DNA of 64,000 nt from Candidatus Saccharimonadia bacterium (GTDB lineage Bacteria > Patescibacteriota > Saccharimonadia > UBA4664), in NCBI GenBank assembly GCA_041743505.1, contig JBGTMQ010000008.1, positions 5,183-69,182 on the forward strand, written 5' to 3'. The first letter of the stretch is position 1; every line of letters begins with the position of its first letter. Below, in pieces: positions 55,224 through 64,000 of this stretch. Under the pieces are notes generated by a model that worked only from the letters and a program-made list of their open reading frames with translations, was not told the origin of the DNA and did not search any database. The translations under genes were made by a program, and so were the position numbers.

Positions 55224-58200
55224 TTGGCCCAGCCTGGAGCACGCACTCGTAAAACTCTCAACAAAACCAAAGATGTCTTGCCGTTACCAAACCTCATCGA
55301 GATCCAGCTGGACTCGTATAATTGGTTTGTGACCGAAGGCCTCAATGAGCTCTTTGCCGAAATTAATCCCATCGATGATTTCACCGGCAAGAGCCTCGCG
55401 TTGTATCTGCGCGATTTTCATTTTGAAGAGCCCAAGTACACCGAAAAAACCGCCAAGATCAAGAACGCCAGCTACGAAGTACCTTTGAAAGCCAAGGCTG
55501 AGCTGGTCAATAAAGAAACTGGCGAGGTCCGTGAGCAAGAAATTTTCTTAGGCGATTACCCTTTGATGACCGAGCGCGGAACCTTTGTAATTAATGGTGC
55601 CGAACGCGTGGTAGTCTCGCAACTCGTTCGCTCGCCCGGCGTCTTCTTCACCTCTGAGCGCGGCGCAGCAGGCGAGCTGTTTGGAGCCAAAGTTATACCT
55701 GGCCGGGGTGCCTGGCTCGAGCTTGATACCAGCGCCGGCGGAGTCATCTCCGTTAAAATTGACCGTAAGCGCAAGCTGCCGGTTACGACGCTGCTGCGTG
55801 CCTTCGGCTACTCGACCGACGAGGAGATCAAGAATCTCTTTAAGGAAGCCGATGACGGCGACATCAAGTACATTGACGAAACACTCGACAAAGACCCGAG
55901 CAAAACTGTCAGCGAAGCACTCATGGAGGTCTATCGCCGCATTCGCCCGGGTGACTTGGCTACCGTGGAAAACTCCAAGAGCCTGATCGAAAGCATGTTC
56001 TTCGACTTTAAGCGCTATGACTTTAGTAAGGTCGGCCGCTACAAGTTGAATAAACGTCTCAGTCTGGATGTCTCGAACACCGCCGAGAACCGGACACTCC
56101 GCCGCGAAGACTTGGTAGCCATCGTTGCCGAGATCGTCCGACTCAACAACGGCCACGGCCAAGCCGAAGACATCGACAACCTGGCTAACCGCCGCCTCAA
56201 GATGGTCGGCGAGCTGATGCAGGGCAAATTCCGCATTGGTCTGGCCCGCATGGAACGCATCGTCAAGGACCGCATGTCGGTTTACGACACCGCTACCGTC
56301 ACGCCGGGTCAACTGGTCAACGTCCGGCCAATCGTAGCCAGCGTACGCGAGTTCTTTGCCTCCAGCCAGTTATCACAGTTCATGTCCCAGATTAACCCGC
56401 TCGACGAGGTCGTTCACAAGCGACGCCTGAACGCCATGGGCCCGGGTGGCTTGAGTCGTGAGCGTGCCGGCTTTGAAGTCCGCGACGTCCACAAGACTCA
56501 CTACGGCCGGCTATGCCCAATTGAAACACCGGAAGGACCGAACATCGGCTTGGTATCTAACTTGGCAACCTACGCCAAGGTTAATGAGTATGGTTTTATT
56601 GAAACACCCTACCGCAAAGTGGAAAAAGACGGCAAGAAGGTCCACGTAACCGACAAAATCGTCTGGCTGGATGCAGCAGATGAGGAGCAATCAGTTATCG
56701 CTGGCTACGGTGCCGAGATCGACGACAACGGCCACTTCGCTCACCCGCGCGTGGCTGCCCGCCTGAAAGGTGAAGCCGAAGAGGTTGACGCCGCCCAGGT
56801 CGACTACATGGACGTCAGCTCCAAGCAGATCGTCTCCGTCTCAGCCTCACTGATTCCGTTTGTGGAGCACGACAACGCCAAGCGCGCCCTCATGGGTGCC
56901 AACATGCAAAAGCAGGCCGTGGCGCTCATTAAGCCTCAGGCACCCATTGTCGGTACCGGCATGGAGGCCACAGTCGCCCGGGATTCAGCCCAGGTTGTCC
57001 TGGCTGAACATGAGGGAGTGGTTGACTCTTCGACGGCCAGCGAAGTTACCGTAACGTACAAGAACGGTGAAACCAAGTCATATGAATTGACCAGCTTCGC
57101 CCGCAGTAACGTCGGCACATCCATTAATCAGCGAGCCGTTGTCAAGGCCGGAGACGAGCTCAAGAAAGGTGACGTACTGGTCGATGGTATGTCCACCGAA
57201 CACGGCGAGCTGGCCTTGGGTCAGAATGTGTTGGTAGCCTTCATGAACTGGAAGGGCTTCAATTTCGAAGACGCCATCGTGATTTCGCAGCGCCTGGTAC
57301 AGGACGACCGCTATACCTCAATTCACATTGAGACCCATGCTGTTGATGTCCGTGACACTAAACTAGGGCCGGAGCAGGTCACCCGCGATATCGCCAATGT
57401 CAGCGAGGAGAGCCTCAAAGACCTCGACGAGCGCGGTATTGTCCGTATCGGTGCCGAAGTTACCGCCGGTGATATTCTGGTGGGCAAAATTACTCCTAAG
57501 GGCGAGCAGGAGCTAAGCTCCGAAGAAAAGCTACTGCGAGCTATCTTTGGTGAAAAGGCCCGCGACGTCAAAGATACCAGCTTGCGCCTGCCCAACGGCG
57601 AGCGCGGCAAAGTCGTCGGCGTCAAGGTGTTTAGTCGCGAGAACGGCGACGAACTGCAGGCTGGTGTCATTGAGCAATACCATGTCAGCGTGGCTCAGAT
57701 GCGCAAGATTTCCGTCGGCGACAAGATGGCCGGCCGTCACGGCAACAAGGGCGTCATCGCCCGGATTCTGCCTGTTGAGGACATGCCGTATTTAGAGAAC
57801 GGCACGCCTGTCGACTTCTGTCTAAACCCGCTCGGCGTCGGCAAGCGCATGAACATTGGTCAAATTTTCGAGACTCACATGGGTTGGGCCGCCGCCGCCC
57901 TGGGCTACACCGTAGCCTCCCCAGTCTTCGACGGCGTTAAGCTCGAGCAGATCAAGGCTGAGCTCAAAAAGGCCGGTTTGCCCGAAGACGGTAAGACTCA
58001 GCTGTATGACGGCCAGACGGGTGAGCCATTCCAGGAACGCACCACCGTGGGCTACAAGTACATGCTAAAACTCCAGCACATGGTCGACGACAAGATTCAT
58101 GCCCGCTCAACCGGCCCATACGCTATGGTGACCCAGCAGCCGCTTGGCGGTAAGGCTCAAATGGGCGGCCAACGCTTCGGTGAGATGGAAGTCTGGGCCC

Positions 58201-58625
58201 TAGAGGCCTATGGCGCCGCCAACACGCTCCAGGAAATCCTGACTATCAAGAGTGATGATGTGGTCGGCCGCTCCAAGGCCTACGAGGCCATCATCAAGAG
58301 CGACGAGATCCGCGGGCCGCGCATTCCAGAAAGCTTTAACGTGCTGGTCAAGGAGCTTCAGTCATTGATGCTCGACGTGGAGTTGACCCGAGAGGGCGGC
58401 ACCGCTATCGCCGATGCTGAAACAGTCATTGCCGAGCGCCTCGAAGATGAAATTACCGAGTTAGGTACTGAAAAAATCATCGAAGGCGAAGCGGTCGTGG
58501 CCAATATGCCGCTAGTAGATCTAGCAGCTGGTGGAGAAGATGAATTTGAACTCCTGAGTGACGCTAACGCCGAGCCGGATGAAATCGAGGAGGCCGAAGA
58601 AGCCACTGAGGAGATAAAGGGTTAA
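55224..58625 (+). CDS. rpoB: RNA polymerase beta subunit
   Basis: '[16 protein letters not shown]', '[12 protein letters not shown]', '[11 protein letters not shown]'. Confidence 0.99.
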   Translation: MAQPGARTRKTLNKTKDVLPLPNLIEIQLDSYNWFVTEGLNELFAEINPIDDFTGKSLALYLRDFHFEEPKYTEKTAKIKNASYEVPLKAKAELVNKETGEVREQEIFLGDYPLMTERGTFVINGAERVVVSQLVRSPGVFFTSERGAAGELFGAKVIPGRGAWLELDTSAGGVISVKIDRKRKLPVTTLLRAFGYSTDEEIKNLFKEADDGDIKYIDETLDKDPSKTVSEALMEVYRRIRPGDLATVENSKSLIESMFFDFKRYDFSKVGRYKLNKRLSLDVSNTAENRTLRREDLVAIVAEIVRLNNGHGQAEDIDNLANRRLKMVGELMQGKFRIGLARMERIVKDRMSVYDTATVTPGQLVNVRPIVASVREFFASSQLSQFMSQINPLDEVVHKRRLNAMGPGGLSRERAGFEVRDVHKTHYGRLCPIETPEGPNIGLVSNLATYAKVNEYGFIETPYRKVEKDGKKVHVTDKIVWLDAADEEQSVIAGYGAEIDDNGHFAHPRVAARLKGEAEEVDAAQVDYMDVSSKQIVSVSASLIPFVEHDNAKRALMGANMQKQAVALIKPQAPIVGTGMEATVARDSAQVVLAEHEGVVDSSTASEVTVTYKNGETKSYELTSFARSNVGTSINQRAVVKAGDELKKGDVLVDGMSTEHGELALGQNVLVAFMNWKGFNFEDAIVISQRLVQDDRYTSIHIETHAVDVRDTKLGPEQVTRDIANVSEESLKDLDERGIVRIGAEVTAGDILVGKITPKGEQELSSEEKLLRAIFGEKARDVKDTSLRLPNGERGKVVGVKVFSRENGDELQAGVIEQYHVSVAQMRKISVGDKMAGRHGNKGVIARILPVEDMPYLENGTPVDFCLNPLGVGKRMNIGQIFETHMGWAAAALGYTVASPVFDGVKLEQIKAELKKAGLPEDGKTQLYDGQTGEPFQERTTVGYKYMLKLQHMVDDKIHARSTGPYAMVTQQPLGGKAQMGGQRFGEMEVWALEAYGAANTLQEILTIKSDDVVGRSKAYEAIIKSDEIRGPRIPESFNVLVKELQSLMLDVELTREGGTAIADAETVIAERLEDEITELGTEKIIEGEAVVANMPLVDLAAGGEDEFELLSDANAEPDEIEEAEEATEEIKG

Positions 58626-58627
58626 GT

Positions 58628-62491
<3,864 letters not shown>

Positions 62492-62502
62492 AATTCAAGA
62501 CC

Positions 62503-62925
62503 ATGCCAACTATCAACCAACTTTTGCGCAAACCCCGTCAAGATCAGAAGAGCAAGTCTCGTACTGTGGCCCTGCTTCGCGTAACCAATTCACTCAAGAA
62601 TAAAAGCTACGCTAAACCCTCTCCGCTCAAGCGTGGGGTCTGTGTCAAAGTCTCGACGACCACTCCCCGTAAACCAAACTCAGCCCTTCGTAAAATCGCT
62701 CGTGTCCGTCTTACCAATGGCATGGAGGTCACAGCCTACATACCAGGTATCGGCCATAACCTGCAAGAGCACTCAGTCGTGCTGGTTCGTGGCGGCCGCC
62801 GCAAGGACTTGCCAGGTGTGCGCTACATTGTAGTTCGCGGCGCCCTCGACACCGCCGGCGTAGCCAAGCGCGCCCAGGGCCGCAGTCGCTACGGTGCCAA
62901 GAAGGACAAGGCCGGGTCCAAATAA
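62503..62925 (+). CDS. rpsL: 30S ribosomal protein S12
   Basis: 'MPTINQL', 'KPNSALRK', 'KDLPGVRY'. Confidence 0.98.
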   Translation: MPTINQLLRKPRQDQKSKSRTVALLRVTNSLKNKSYAKPSPLKRGVCVKVSTTTPRKPNSALRKIARVRLTNGMEVTAYIPGIGHNLQEHSVVLVRGGRRKDLPGVRYIVVRGALDTAGVAKRAQGRSRYGAKKDKAGSK

Positions 62926-62993
62926 TAGCTTAATGCATCTACCGCCCGGCCTTTCGATTAGCTGGTGCGGGAGTATCTGAAAGAGAGAATTGC

Positions 62994-63470
62994 ATGCCCC
63001 GTAAAACTACCAAATCCCTCAAGCGTACTCTTCAACCCGACTTGCGCTACAACAACGTATTGGTCACCAAAATGACCAATAAGATTATGCGCGACGGCAA
63101 GCGCAGTCTGGCCGAAGGCCTGCTGTACGATGCACTGGCCGCCGTCGAGGAAAAGGGTAAGCAGCCGGCGATCGAAATCTTTGAAACGGCACTCAAAAAT
63201 GTCGCTCCAACCGTCATGGTGAAGGCCAAACGTATCGGTGGCGCCACCTACCAGGTGCCAATGGAAGTCCGCGGTGATCGCAAGATTCACCTGGCCATGA
63301 CCTGGATCCTGGCCGCTGCCCGTGGCAAGAGCGGCAAGAGCTTTGATGCCCGCCTGACCGACGAATTGCTGAACGCCTACAATGGCACCGGTGACGCGGT
63401 CAAGAAACGCGAAGACACCCACCGTATGGCCGAAGCCAACAAAGCCTTCGCGCACTTCGCCCGCTACTAA
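62994..63470 (+). CDS. rpsG: 30S ribosomal protein S7
   Basis: 'GGATYQVP', 'HRMAEANKAFAH'. Confidence 0.98.
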   Translation: MPRKTTKSLKRTLQPDLRYNNVLVTKMTNKIMRDGKRSLAEGLLYDALAAVEEKGKQPAIEIFETALKNVAPTVMVKAKRIGGATYQVPMEVRGDRKIHLAMTWILAAARGKSGKSFDARLTDELLNAYNGTGDAVKKREDTHRMAEANKAFAHFARY

Positions 63471-63590
63471 ACAAAAATAACTAAATTGCCGATTGCCGCC
63501 CACCCGGGCGGTTTTTGGGTATGCTATCTTGCTTTTTCTCCCGTCAAATAAAACGCCCGGCCAAGTTTCCCTGGTCGGGCGGTACAAAGG

Positions 63591-64000
63591 TCAATGGTGA
63601 TGTTTGTGGGAATGGGGTGAAGGCGTATCAGGACTATGACCCTGTTTATGTTTAACCAGTAGCCATAGACCCTTCGCGACAGCTATGAGCATCATCAGAC
63701 CAATGAGCGTCAGAATAGCAATGCCGCCACCCTTGTTCCATGCACCGGACCCAAGCACAAACGCCAGAACGCTGCAAACTGCGGCGATCGGAGCAGCCAG
63801 CATGTCTCCCAAAAGGTCAAGCTTCACGCTATGGTGGTGGACATCGCCGGCTTGGTGGATCCAGTGATGACCAAGGCGATTACAGCAGAAGTTAATCGCT
63901 GCAAACACCACCGTTACCACACAGGCAGTAGCGCTGATCACGCCAGGCGGCTCTAGGAAGAAGGCTAAGAGTGCCCACCCGAAGACGATCGGTGCAGCAG
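63591..64000 (-). CDS. C-terminal part of a CDF (CzcD-like) cation-efflux membrane protein; 5' end outside the window
   Basis: TM helices, His-rich loop followed by 'DLLGD', His-rich C-terminus. Confidence 0.55.
   Translation of the reverse strand, partial: AAPIVFGWALLAFFLEPPGVISATACVVTVVFAAINFCCNRLGHHWIHQAGDVHHHSVKLDLLGDMLAAPIAAVCSVLAFVLGSGAWNKGGGIAILTLIGLMMLIAVAKGLWLLVKHKQGHSPDTPSPHSHKHHH

Overview
A 64-kb chromosomal window from a small-genome bacterium, most likely Candidatus Saccharibacteria (Patescibacteria/CPR); this is inferred from gene content, and TGA is used as a stop. The core backbone comprises gatCA...gatB, dnaE, rplS-rnhB-yraN, pepN, nusA, clpC-radA-PIN/TRAM, PBP1A, tyrS-recG-rsmD, tRNA-Leu(TAG), xth, tig-clpP-def and rpoBC-rpsL-rpsG. 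It is interspersed with small accessory units, most carrying their own promoter and hairpin terminator. No CRISPR array, rRNA, transposase or integrase was seen. The most notable items are: (1) a ~410-nt, densely structured, apparently non-coding transcription unit between xth and tig with a repeated CGCAAA linker; (2) a three-gene island of a DEAH/RHA helicase, a double zinc-ribbon protein with a toxin-like C-terminus, and an unknown protein; (3) two tandem proteins each made of three HTH repeats with variable recognition helices; (4) three paralogous membrane-protein cassettes, each ending in a conserved covarying 50-nt hairpin; (5) convergent paralogues sharing an unrecognised domain. Also seen are CIRCE operators at clpC and clpP, apparently leaderless core genes, a degenerate ABC ATPase, and rifampicin/streptomycin-resistance-type residues in RpoB and RpsL. 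All family assignments come from motif recognition by eye; no database searches were run.
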